A stretch of DNA of 64,000 nucleotides from Rubripirellula sp. (lineage in GTDB: Bacteria > Planctomycetota > Planctomycetia > Pirellulales > Pirellulaceae), in the NCBI GenBank assembly GCA_965216875.1, contig OZ244207.1:2880001-2944000 (forward strand), in the 5' to 3' direction. Made by a program: the position numbers and the translations under genes. The notes below the pieces were generated by a model that saw only the letters and a program-made list of their open reading frames with translations, did no database searches and had not been told where the DNA came from. This document shows, piece by piece, positions 49,232-57,066 of the stretch (the first letter of the stretch is position 1; each line of letters opens with the position of its first letter).

Positions 49232-51634
49232 TCACGAACCAGGTTCGGCGGACAGGTCATCCTCGAGCGATTCGTCGCTTACGATCGCCACCCATTCTCC
49301 GCGTTGTTCGACCTCAATCGTAAGGCCTGGCACCGCGCGAGCAAACGCGACCAGGTCGTCCCTACTCACACTGCCCAAAAGTATTTTGTCGCGTGGATGC
49401 GTCTTGGAGATTTTGATGTTCTTGAGTGAAGACAATTCCTTGAGCTGATTCAATCCGGCAGGAGAAAGCTTGCGAACGCCTCGCAAACGCAGCGTTCGAA
49501 GATTGCGAAGGAGCTTCAGATATTGAACGTCCTCGTCTGGCAAGGGCAGATGGTAAAGCTCCATTTCTTGCAAATTCGGAAGATTGCGTAGGTGAACCAG
49601 TGATTCGCCAAGCGGCATTTTTGAAAACACGACATTCTTGAGAGACTCCATTTGACTTAGCCCTCGACACCACACTTCCGCGTCTGTATCTCGAACAAGA
49701 AGAATCTCAATGCGCTCAAGCTCACGAAACTCTTCCACCACCGGAAGAAGTTGCTCTGGAGTAAGTCCTGGCTGGTTATAGGGGCGAGTGAGACCGCCGA
49801 CACTTAGATGTTTCAGTCGCGGATATCCCTTGGCAACAGCGGACAATCCCACCGGGGTGACTTGGGGTTCGTTGAAAAACTTGAGCGTTTCCAAATAGGG
49901 CAGCTTCGCGTTCGCCAATTCGGTAAGTTCGCCGTCTGTCGCGTCCGATCCAAAGTAGAAAACCTCCAAAATGGCGAACGGTTTTTTCGGAAGTTCACGA
50001 ATCGACAGGCAGTAATCATTGGGACCCGGGCGTTTGCCATCCGTCGCCACTCTCAATGGATGAGTCTCACTTACAAACGCCTCGGCGAACTCGCGCTGCG
50101 ATCGAGCCACTTCGGGAGTGAGTTCGGGCACTTCGTTGTTGGTCAGCTCCGGCTGGTGCTTTGGCAACGGCGTCTTGGCGGCTTTCAAATCCTCGATGGC
50201 GAGTTGATCGAGTTCCTCGGACACCTTCGGATTCGGCTCAACCGAATTGCTTGGCGACTTTGGCGCCGTCGACGGCACGACTGCCGTCTGTTTGGAGGCG
50301 GTATCTGGTTGCCGATTCCAATCAACGGTGCTAATTGTCAAAACTGAAAGTAAGGCAATGACCGGAATCGCAACCACCTTGAGAGTCCGACGTTGGCGTT
50401 GGATGTTCCGATCACCAACCGATTTGACTGGCTTGCCAGCGGGAGAGATCGTGGTGGTCACAGCAGCCGATTCCACCTGAGTTTCTGCGCTGGATGTTGC
50501 CGCTGGCTTGGGTAGCTGACTCAATTTGGTGAGGTGATGCCCCTCACAAAACGGCGCGATCGCGTCGGCGACGTCCGCCGGGGTCGCGAATCGGTGCTGC
50601 GGCTTCGACGCCAGCATGCGATCGACGATGGCGGCCAGCATCTTGGGGGTGTCTTGCCGATGATCCCTGATGTCAGGCAACTCACCTAGCGACAGCGCCG
50701 TCAACTTCTGCATGGTCATGGAATTCCCCGCAGCTTCCAGTGGCGACTGTCCAACAAGCAACTCAAATAGCGTCGCCCCCAGACTGAAGATGTCGGTGCG
50801 AATGTTGGCGGAGTTTTGGTGATCGGCCAATTCGGGCGCCATGTAGTCAATCGTCCCCAGCAACTCGAATGAGTCGGAAATCTCCACTTCCATCGCATTG
50901 GAGTTGCGAAGCTTGGCCAATCCTAAATCAAGAATCTTCACCAAGCCCGATCGAGTCACCATCAGGTTCGATGGCTTGAGGTCACGGTGAACAAGTTCTT
51001 TCTCGTGAGCGCATTGCAGCGCTACGGCTGTCTGCCGGATCACTTCACAAGCATCCGCCATCGTCAATGCGCCATGGCTGCTGACGATTTTGGCAAGGTC
51101 GTAGCCGTCGACATACTCCATCAGCAAATAGTGAATGCCATTGCATTGGCCAGCATCAAACGCGGTGACGATCCCCGGATGGTTGAGCCGCCCCAAGGCG
51201 GATATTTCTCGCGAGAATCGGGCTTGGGCGTTCCCTTTGCGAACGGCGCTGGGCGGCAACACTTTCACCGCAATTTCGCGTTCCAAACCGTGCTGCCAAG
51301 CAAGGTAGACCGAGCCCATGCCGCCGCACCCCAACAAATTCCGGACATCGCAGCCGGGAATCTCAGGAAGCGGTTGCGAGTCAGCCTCGCTGCGCACACG
51401 CAACTGCACGCCTGCCAGCAATCGTTGCGACACGCCCGCATCCCAATCCACGGCGGTTGATTTGTGATCACTCGGCGCGAACGATGCGGAGCTGGAAAAT
51501 CTCAGTACACCGTCGAGCCATTCCTGGCATTTTTCACAACACGAGAGGTGCTCTCCAATGGTTTCGACTTCCTCGGCGGAAAGTTCACTCGCTGCGAACA
51601 GCTGTAGCGTGTCGTGACTAGGGCAGCCGCTCAC
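49232..51634 (-). CDS. membrane Ser/Thr protein kinase: N-terminal ZAS/zf-HC2-like zinc motif, kinase, TM, one LRR module
   Basis: 'HLSCCEKC', 'LGCGGMGSVY', 'HRDLKPSN', 'DLGLA', 'YMAPE'; GTG at 51634 overlaps the sigma-factor stop (GTGA), so the ORF-track extension to 51823 is rejected. Confidence 0.92.
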   Translation of the reverse strand: MSGCPSHDTLQLFAASELSAEEVETIGEHLSCCEKCQEWLDGVLRFSSSASFAPSDHKSTAVDWDAGVSQRLLAGVQLRVRSEADSQPLPEIPGCDVRNLLGCGGMGSVYLAWQHGLEREIAVKVLPPSAVRKGNAQARFSREISALGRLNHPGIVTAFDAGQCNGIHYLLMEYVDGYDLAKIVSSHGALTMADACEVIRQTAVALQCAHEKELVHRDLKPSNLMVTRSGLVKILDLGLAKLRNSNAMEVEISDSFELLGTIDYMAPELADHQNSANIRTDIFSLGATLFELLVGQSPLEAAGNSMTMQKLTALSLGELPDIRDHRQDTPKMLAAIVDRMLASKPQHRFATPADVADAIAPFCEGHHLTKLSQLPKPAATSSAETQVESAAVTTTISPAGKPVKSVGDRNIQRQRRTLKVVAIPVIALLSVLTISTVDWNRQPDTASKQTAVVPSTAPKSPSNSVEPNPKVSEELDQLAIEDLKAAKTPLPKHQPELTNNEVPELTPEVARSQREFAEAFVSETHPLRVATDGKRPGPNDYCLSIRELPKKPFAILEVFYFGSDATDGELTELANAKLPYLETLKFFNEPQVTPVGLSAVAKGYPRLKHLSVGGLTRPYNQPGLTPEQLLPVVEEFRELERIEILLVRDTDAEVWCRGLSQMESLKNVVFSKMPLGESLVHLRNLPNLQEMELYHLPLPDEDVQYLKLLRNLRTLRLRGVRKLSPAGLNQLKELSSLKNIKISKTHPRDKILLGSVSRDDLVAFARAVPGLTIEVEQRGEWVAIVSDESLEDDLSAEPGS

Positions 51635-52275
51635 TTCGAAACGTCCTGGCTCAATTCGATCACCACCGCATCCGACTGGGATTCCAACCGGCGGACTTCG
51701 TCGGCGATCATCTTTTGCACTTGGTAGCGACTGGAATAAACCGTCGGTAGTTTCATCTCCAACTCCTCGGCGACCTCTTCTCCGTTTCGTTGCTCCACCG
51801 CCATCCATTCCCATGCCAGCCATCGTCGCGTTTCCACCCGGCCGCGGACATTCGCCTTGGCTAAATCTAGCAACTCCATGTCATACGCATCACTCAACCG
51901 CTCGGCCAAGTCGGCTCGCGCTTCGGCCTCCTCCAGCGCAGCGAGGCCATCGTCGACGTGCCGCTGTCTCCCCTCGGCACTTCGAAGCTGGCGAAAGTAG
52001 TCGGTAACTGCGTTCTCTGTAATGCGTCGCAACCATCCGCGAAATGTTAGTTTCTCGTCATACTCAAAAGCCCCCAAACGCTTGGCCAGTTTGACAAGCA
52101 CCTCTTGCGTGACATCCTCGGCATCGGCTGGTTGTAATTTGCGATTCAGGCACCATTCGTAAATTCGCCGCCCGTAGCGATCCACAAATTCTCGCCATGC
52201 GGTTGGATCTCGATCATTCTGGCCAATGCGTGCCAGCAAGCTGACACTGGTAGCGGACGAAATGGGATCCGGCAT
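51631..52275 (-). CDS. ECF RNA polymerase sigma factor (planctomycete kinase-associated type)
   Basis: 'TSVSLLARI', 'AWREFVDRY', 'DAEDVTQEV', 'FRGWL..IT.N', region 4 'EEVAEELEM....VY'. Confidence 0.93.
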   Translation of the reverse strand: MPDPISSATSVSLLARIGQNDRDPTAWREFVDRYGRRIYEWCLNRKLQPADAEDVTQEVLVKLAKRLGAFEYDEKLTFRGWLRRITENAVTDYFRQLRSAEGRQRHVDDGLAALEEAEARADLAERLSDAYDMELLDLAKANVRGRVETRRWLAWEWMAVEQRNGEEVAEELEMKLPTVYSSRYQVQKMIADEVRRLESQSDAVVIELSQDVSK

Positions 52276-52350
52276 ACGACGTTGCGACTTCGAATTTCAA
52301 ACTGGACGGACGCGAAGGAGAATTCCGCGACAACAGCACGGAAGTGTCCA

Positions 52351-52359
52351 ATTCTATCA
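52351..52359 (-). promoter_or_regulatory. candidate extended -10 (sigma70-type) promoter of the ECF-kinase operon
   Basis: TGATAGAAT (TGn + TAGAAT) ~75 nt upstream of the sigma ATG. Confidence 0.4.
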
Positions 52360-52480
52360 CAAACTCGCAAGTCTGCTTTCGCCGTCGCAGCGTCATTGCG
52401 TGCGTCCGCTCTACGCCACCTCCTATAGTACAGGTCCTACGCAAGACGACCTCCTCGTCGGAAGTCGCGGATCAGGTTTT

Positions 52481-53167
52481 TCATCTGGGTGCGTACCAAT
52501 TACCGCCCAGCGATTGCGTCCACGTCTTTGCACCTGGTGCCACCTCGTCGATGCCCGACTCCGCCCCCTTCTGCCGCAATTTGACCGTGCGTTTGGTGAC
52601 CGGGTCACGAAGCATGATGTATTCAGGCGTCCGCGCGACTTCGGTGAAATAGGTCGTCTTCGTTTTGCCGTTCTCGCGGCGCACTTTCTTCCAGACGCTT
52701 CCGTACCCGCCGGCTTCTCTGTTGAGACATTCATAGCGAATGCGCAACGAGTCGTTGATGTTTCGCAGCCAATCGAATCGATAGCGAGTGTCTCGGGCGC
52801 GGGAGGCGATGTTGAGCGCAATGCGTTGTTCGGCGGTATGACCGGCGAACGGAGGACTCACATCAGCGCTGTCGGGAATCATGTACTTCTTGCCGTCAAA
52901 GTCGAAAACGTGGCCAACGTGTGTCGCTCCGGTGAATTCCGCGCCCGCCGTGATGGGATGAGCGTCTCCTGTTGGGGTCTGGTCCAAGCCGACGGTCTGC
53001 CCCTCGAAGTTCACCCATCTCAAGTACACCGTTTTCGATGTGCGGTTCTGCCACGTCACCCGTACCAGATCCTTTGTCGGCGCCGAGCGGAGCGGCTGGT
53101 CTTGTGCGAACAAAGATGTCGCCCCGGCAAGCAGGACTAGCAAACTGAAGATCCGTGTCTGTCGCAT
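52481..53167 (-). CDS. secreted protein with VHL beta-domain-like N-terminal domain
   Basis: Signal peptide MRQTRIFSLLVLLAGATSLFA; 'VRVTWQNRTSKTVYLRWVNFEGQ...ITAGAEFTGATHVGHVF' matches the VHL-beta pattern (N-x-(T/S)...W-x-N-F-x-G...T-x-x-x-H-x-W/F). Confidence 0.7.
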   Translation of the reverse strand: MRQTRIFSLLVLLAGATSLFAQDQPLRSAPTKDLVRVTWQNRTSKTVYLRWVNFEGQTVGLDQTPTGDAHPITAGAEFTGATHVGHVFDFDGKKYMIPDSADVSPPFAGHTAEQRIALNIASRARDTRYRFDWLRNINDSLRIRYECLNREAGGYGSVWKKVRRENGKTKTTYFTEVARTPEYIMLRDPVTKRTVKLRQKGAESGIDEVAPGAKTWTQSLGGNWYAPR

Positions 53168-53200
53168 GGTTCTTCTTCTCGAATTCGACACGGGAGGCGC

Positions 53201-53239
53201 GTTTCATAGAGCTTTACGAGGAGAGCAGCGGCTACCTGC
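53201..53239 (-). promoter_or_regulatory. putative ECF-type promoter of the VHL-like gene
   Basis: Minus strand GCAGG-N16-CGTAAAGCTCTATGAAAC. Confidence 0.55.
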
Positions 53240-53348
53240 ACCCACAATCTGCTTTTTCTGAGAAAAACCGTCTTGGCGTCAGAAACGCGCGGCCATCAGG
53301 CTCGCGCATCGGAATACGCAGAATCCATGAATTTTCGCCAAGCGAGGC

Positions 53349-53386
53349 GCAGGACCGCATCGCCAGCACGTAAGGCTCTACGAAAC
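53349..53386 (+). promoter_or_regulatory. putative ECF-type promoter of the sphingomyelinase-like gene
   Basis: GCAGG-N15-CGTAAGGCTCTACGAAAC; the 18-nt block matches the opposite-strand copy at 16/18 positions. Confidence 0.55.
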
Positions 53387-53442
53387 CGCATTTCCACTCG
53401 GGGCACCGTTCGCAGAACCATGCTCAACAAGAGAGAAAGACA

Positions 53443-56001
53443 ATGAAGCACTTGCTGCTGACCCTTGCGATCACCTCGATTTTGACAGGCGTGTCGCATG
53501 CCGAAACCTACATCTATCTAAAGAACGACACCAACCGGACCATCACTTTAAGTACGGAAGGCCAGAGAAACATATTCAAGGAAAAGACAAAGACCGTTCG
53601 TCCAGGTGCGCGAGCGCATATCCTCTCTCTGAACCGCAATGTAAACGTCACGGAAGACGAACACTTCAGGTTCCACACCCGTGTACAACTCCAAGGGTTG
53701 GACACGCGCGGTCGCGGTCTATTGTTGGTCGAGCATCTCTTTGGCAAATTCTACGGCAGCGACGCAAAATTCGGGTTCGCCTCGGAGAACAACCGTACTC
53801 CTGCGGAATGGCACAGCAATGGCGGAGGTCGTATTCGGACGATTGCGTTCGATACGCAGGGTGGTCGGCATCTGTTTACGGCAAGTGGCCGGTGGGATCA
53901 TCAAGGCGTCGACACCTTCCAAAACATTGAATACGTGATCAGCGAAGCAGGATTGCTCACGCCGCCGAACGAGCTGAATCTGCTGCAATACAACATCCAG
54001 CAACGTCCCTACAAGAGCCCACTCAATGGTTTCGCCGCGGAGGGAACCCAGTATCAACTGACGGGCACCCATAACGAGCGATCCCGGCTCAGCACCGTCA
54101 TTCTTCCCCGGGCCGTCCGCAGGTACGATTCGACGATTGACGTGATTACCGTCAACGAAGCGTTCACGGCGGCGCTGCGTGATCCGTTGAGATCGGAGAT
54201 GGCCAAGATTGGTTTCACCTACGACACTGCCGTTGTTGGCAAAAACAGCAGCAAGCCCTGGTCGGGCGGGGTCATGGTCTTCAGTAAGCATCCAATTGAA
54301 AAAAAACACGAACTGATTTACCGCCGCAGTGCTGCAGACGACAGCTCGGCTGCCAAAGGAGTGCTGTACGTCAGCATCAACAAGGAGGGCAAGCGGTATC
54401 ACGTCTTTGCCACTCACACCAACGCCTCTTACACCTTTACCGGCAGAAGGTTACCTCTGACCGACGAAGGCCGGATCGCTCGCCGGGGCCAGTTCGCCGA
54501 GCTGCGCAATTTCTTGGACTCCCAGCGGATTCCGTCCAATGAGCCAGTGTTGATCGTCGGCGATATGAATGTCGACATGGTGTCGGAAAAGGGACAAGAT
54601 AACGACGAATACAGCGCGATGCTGGCAGCATTGGGGGCGATCCACCCAACCCCCATCGGGCATCCCTACTCTCTCGACAAAAACACCAATGAATGGGTGG
54701 AACCCGACGACGGACCGTCGCAGTATCTGGACTACGGCCTGTACTCCTCCGCTCATCAGCGACCGCAATCAGCGTTCAACAAAGTGGTCTGCCTGAAGGC
54801 CGATGGAAGGGATATCGCGCGAAAGAGCTCGAGTAATCATGATCTGTCGGATCACTATCCGCTGCAAGTGAAAATGACCTTCCCCAACTATCAGGCTGCC
54901 ATTGGTGACACCGACTTCGATGGCGACAACAAAGCCGACATCGGCATCTGGCGACCGAGCGACGGAAAGTGGACGATCTTGCTCTCTTCGCAAAATTTCA
55001 GTTACGAGGAATCGCGTCGACTTGATCGCGACTGGGGGCGTGCCAGCGACACGCCGATCACCGCTGACTTTGACGGTGATGGCAAAGCTGATGTCGGCGT
55101 GCATCGCCAAAGCGAAGGGATATGGACGGTGCGATTGTCCTCGAAGAACTGGTCAGCCTCCGACAGCGACCGCATCAACATCACTTGGGGAAGGAGTACG
55201 GACATTCCATTGTTCGACGCGGACTTCGACGGCGACGACAAAGCCGACATTGGCATCTGGCGCCCGAGTGATGGGAAATGGACGATCTTGCTTTCTTCGC
55301 AAAACTACAGCGATCAGGAATCACGTCGTCTTGATCGCGACTGGGGGCGTCCTGGCGACACGCCGATCACCACTGACTTTGACGGTGACGGCAAGGCCGA
55401 TATGGGTGTGTATCGTCAATGCACAGGGCAATGGACGGTGCGATTGTCCTCAGAGAACTGGTCAGCCTCCGACAACAATCGCATCAACATCACCTGGGGC
55501 AGGAATACTGACATTCCATTGTTCGATGTCGACTTCGACGGCGACAATAAAGCCGACATCGGCATCTGGCGCCCAAGTGATGGAACGTGGACGATCCTGC
55601 TTTCTTCTCATAACTACAGCTATCAGGAATCACGTCGTCTTGATCGCCCGTGGGGGAGTCCCGGCGACGTACCGATCGCCGCTGACTTCGACGGTGACGG
55701 CAAGGACGATATGGGTGTGTATCGCCAAAGCACGGGGCAATGGACAGTGCGATTGTCCTCGAAGAACTGGTCGGCTTCCAACGACAACCGCATCAACGTC
55801 ACTTGGGGAAGGAAGTCTGACATTCCGATAGTCGATGTCGACTTCGATGGCGACAACAAAGCCGACATTGGCATCTGGAGGCCAAGTGATGGCTCGTGGA
55901 AGATCTTGCTTTCTTCGCGAAATTACAGTGATCAAGAATCACGTCGCCTTGATCGCACCTGGGGGCGCCCCGGCGACACACCTGTGATGAGGAGCAGATG
56001 A
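53443..56001 (+). CDS. secreted sphingomyelinase C-like phosphodiesterase (exo/endo/phosphatase family) with C-terminal FG-GAP/VCBS-like repeats
   Basis: Signal peptide; 'QYNI', 'VNEAF', 'SGGVMVFSKHPI', 'AAKGV', 'ATHTNA', 'GDMNV', 'LDY', 'LSDHYP'; seven DFDGDxKAD-type repeats. Confidence 0.85.
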   Translation: MKHLLLTLAITSILTGVSHAETYIYLKNDTNRTITLSTEGQRNIFKEKTKTVRPGARAHILSLNRNVNVTEDEHFRFHTRVQLQGLDTRGRGLLLVEHLFGKFYGSDAKFGFASENNRTPAEWHSNGGGRIRTIAFDTQGGRHLFTASGRWDHQGVDTFQNIEYVISEAGLLTPPNELNLLQYNIQQRPYKSPLNGFAAEGTQYQLTGTHNERSRLSTVILPRAVRRYDSTIDVITVNEAFTAALRDPLRSEMAKIGFTYDTAVVGKNSSKPWSGGVMVFSKHPIEKKHELIYRRSAADDSSAAKGVLYVSINKEGKRYHVFATHTNASYTFTGRRLPLTDEGRIARRGQFAELRNFLDSQRIPSNEPVLIVGDMNVDMVSEKGQDNDEYSAMLAALGAIHPTPIGHPYSLDKNTNEWVEPDDGPSQYLDYGLYSSAHQRPQSAFNKVVCLKADGRDIARKSSSNHDLSDHYPLQVKMTFPNYQAAIGDTDFDGDNKADIGIWRPSDGKWTILLSSQNFSYEESRRLDRDWGRASDTPITADFDGDGKADVGVHRQSEGIWTVRLSSKNWSASDSDRINITWGRSTDIPLFDADFDGDDKADIGIWRPSDGKWTILLSSQNYSDQESRRLDRDWGRPGDTPITTDFDGDGKADMGVYRQCTGQWTVRLSSENWSASDNNRINITWGRNTDIPLFDVDFDGDNKADIGIWRPSDGTWTILLSSHNYSYQESRRLDRPWGSPGDVPIAADFDGDGKDDMGVYRQSTGQWTVRLSSKNWSASNDNRINVTWGRKSDIPIVDVDFDGDNKADIGIWRPSDGSWKILLSSRNYSDQESRRLDRTWGRPGDTPVMRSR
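54913..55982 (+). repeat. 309-bp intragenic tandem repeat, ~3.5 copies
   Basis: GACTTCGAyGGCGAC.ACAAAGCCGACAT starts at 54913, 55222, 55531 and 55840 (period 309). Confidence 0.95.
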
Positions 56002-56026
56002 GGGAAAGAGTGCTTGACTACCAATG

Positions 56027-56052
56027 CAGGCCGCGCAACCCAGCGCGGCCTG
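56027..56052 (+). terminator. GC-rich hairpin after the sphingomyelinase-like gene
   Basis: CAGGCCGCGC-AACCCA-GCGCGGCCTG; no U-tract. Confidence 0.4.
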
Positions 56053-56060
56053 TCGCGTAG

Positions 56061-56453
56061 AAACGATTCAGCTGTCACTTTCACAGGGAACTTGAATTTC
56101 TTTTCGCGGTCGAGATAAATGGCGATGGTATCCCGGACGTTTGGAGAAAGGACCTCAACCAATACTCATTGGACGCCGTCATTGAAGCGATCAACATCCA
56201 TCGGGTTGGCAAATGGGTGTCGTATGACTGCGAGATAAAGGTCGACAATGCTTGGTCGCGACATGTCGTTACCCTTTACATGCGCAACGTGGAAGGCAGC
56301 CTCGAACCTCAACCCTGGCAGACAGACTACCGTGTTCAAATCACGACGTCCAACATCAATGGCGCGGCCACCGACGCAAATGTTTATGCTCGCTTTCAGG
56401 GAGCACAGGGGCAAACTCGAGCGATTCGACTGGCCCCAGTTAAGAATCGCTGA
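56061..56453 (+). pseudogene. gene fragment ending in a truncated PLAT/LH2 domain
   Basis: Open frame without a good start; 'YRVQITTSNINGAATDANVYARFQGAQGQT' is the N-terminal third of a PLAT domain, then a stop. Confidence 0.6.
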
Positions 56454-57066
56454 GTCGTGAACTCAGATCTTGCTGAATCAACCTTTCGCGTACGGTGGGC
56501 GACTGGCGAGCACGTGACACCGGTCGGCGCCCCGATCCGCCAAGTGCCATCGCGCCATGACGGAGGGCTCCACGTCCTGTCGCACAGAAAAGGCATGTCA
56601 ATGATCTCTGCTGGAAGGAATCACCCGGACGGACGCATCAGTTCTTACGAATGAGCGAGAGGTTCTAAAGAGATGGACGGCGTATACAGGTCTCGCGATT
56701 AATGTGACCGTCTATGAGCTACGTTGCTAAACCAACCACGGTGGTCGCGAAGTGGCGGAATCAACGCGGCCCCGACAGCCAACTGTGGAAGTTGACGGGG
56801 CGGGTCCATGTGTCAATACAAATCACTCACCGCTGCAATCTAGAATATGCTTCAATTCGCATTGGTTGCATCGCTCGCCAGTTCCAGGCTCACGCCGGAT
56901 TCACAGCGGCTCGTAGGAACCGACGCGGATCCGGTCCGAGCCTACTGACAGTGGAGTTTACGTTGTTCAAACTTTCATCTGGATCTTGAGTACAACCTGT
57001 TGGGTTAAACCGTTTTGTAGATTCAGCAGTGGTTAACGCAGCCAGCTCTCGATCGGTGAAAAATTG

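Noticed and set aside
51635..51823. N-terminal extension of the 863-aa kinase ORF
   Set aside because: It overlaps the sigma gene in another frame; the GTG at 51634 gives a GTGA coupling and aligns with the paralog's start
54913..55982. Repeat array as CRISPR or DGR template/variable repeats
   Set aside because: The units are contiguous, in-frame 309-bp coding repeats without unique spacers; no cas or reverse transcriptase gene is in the window
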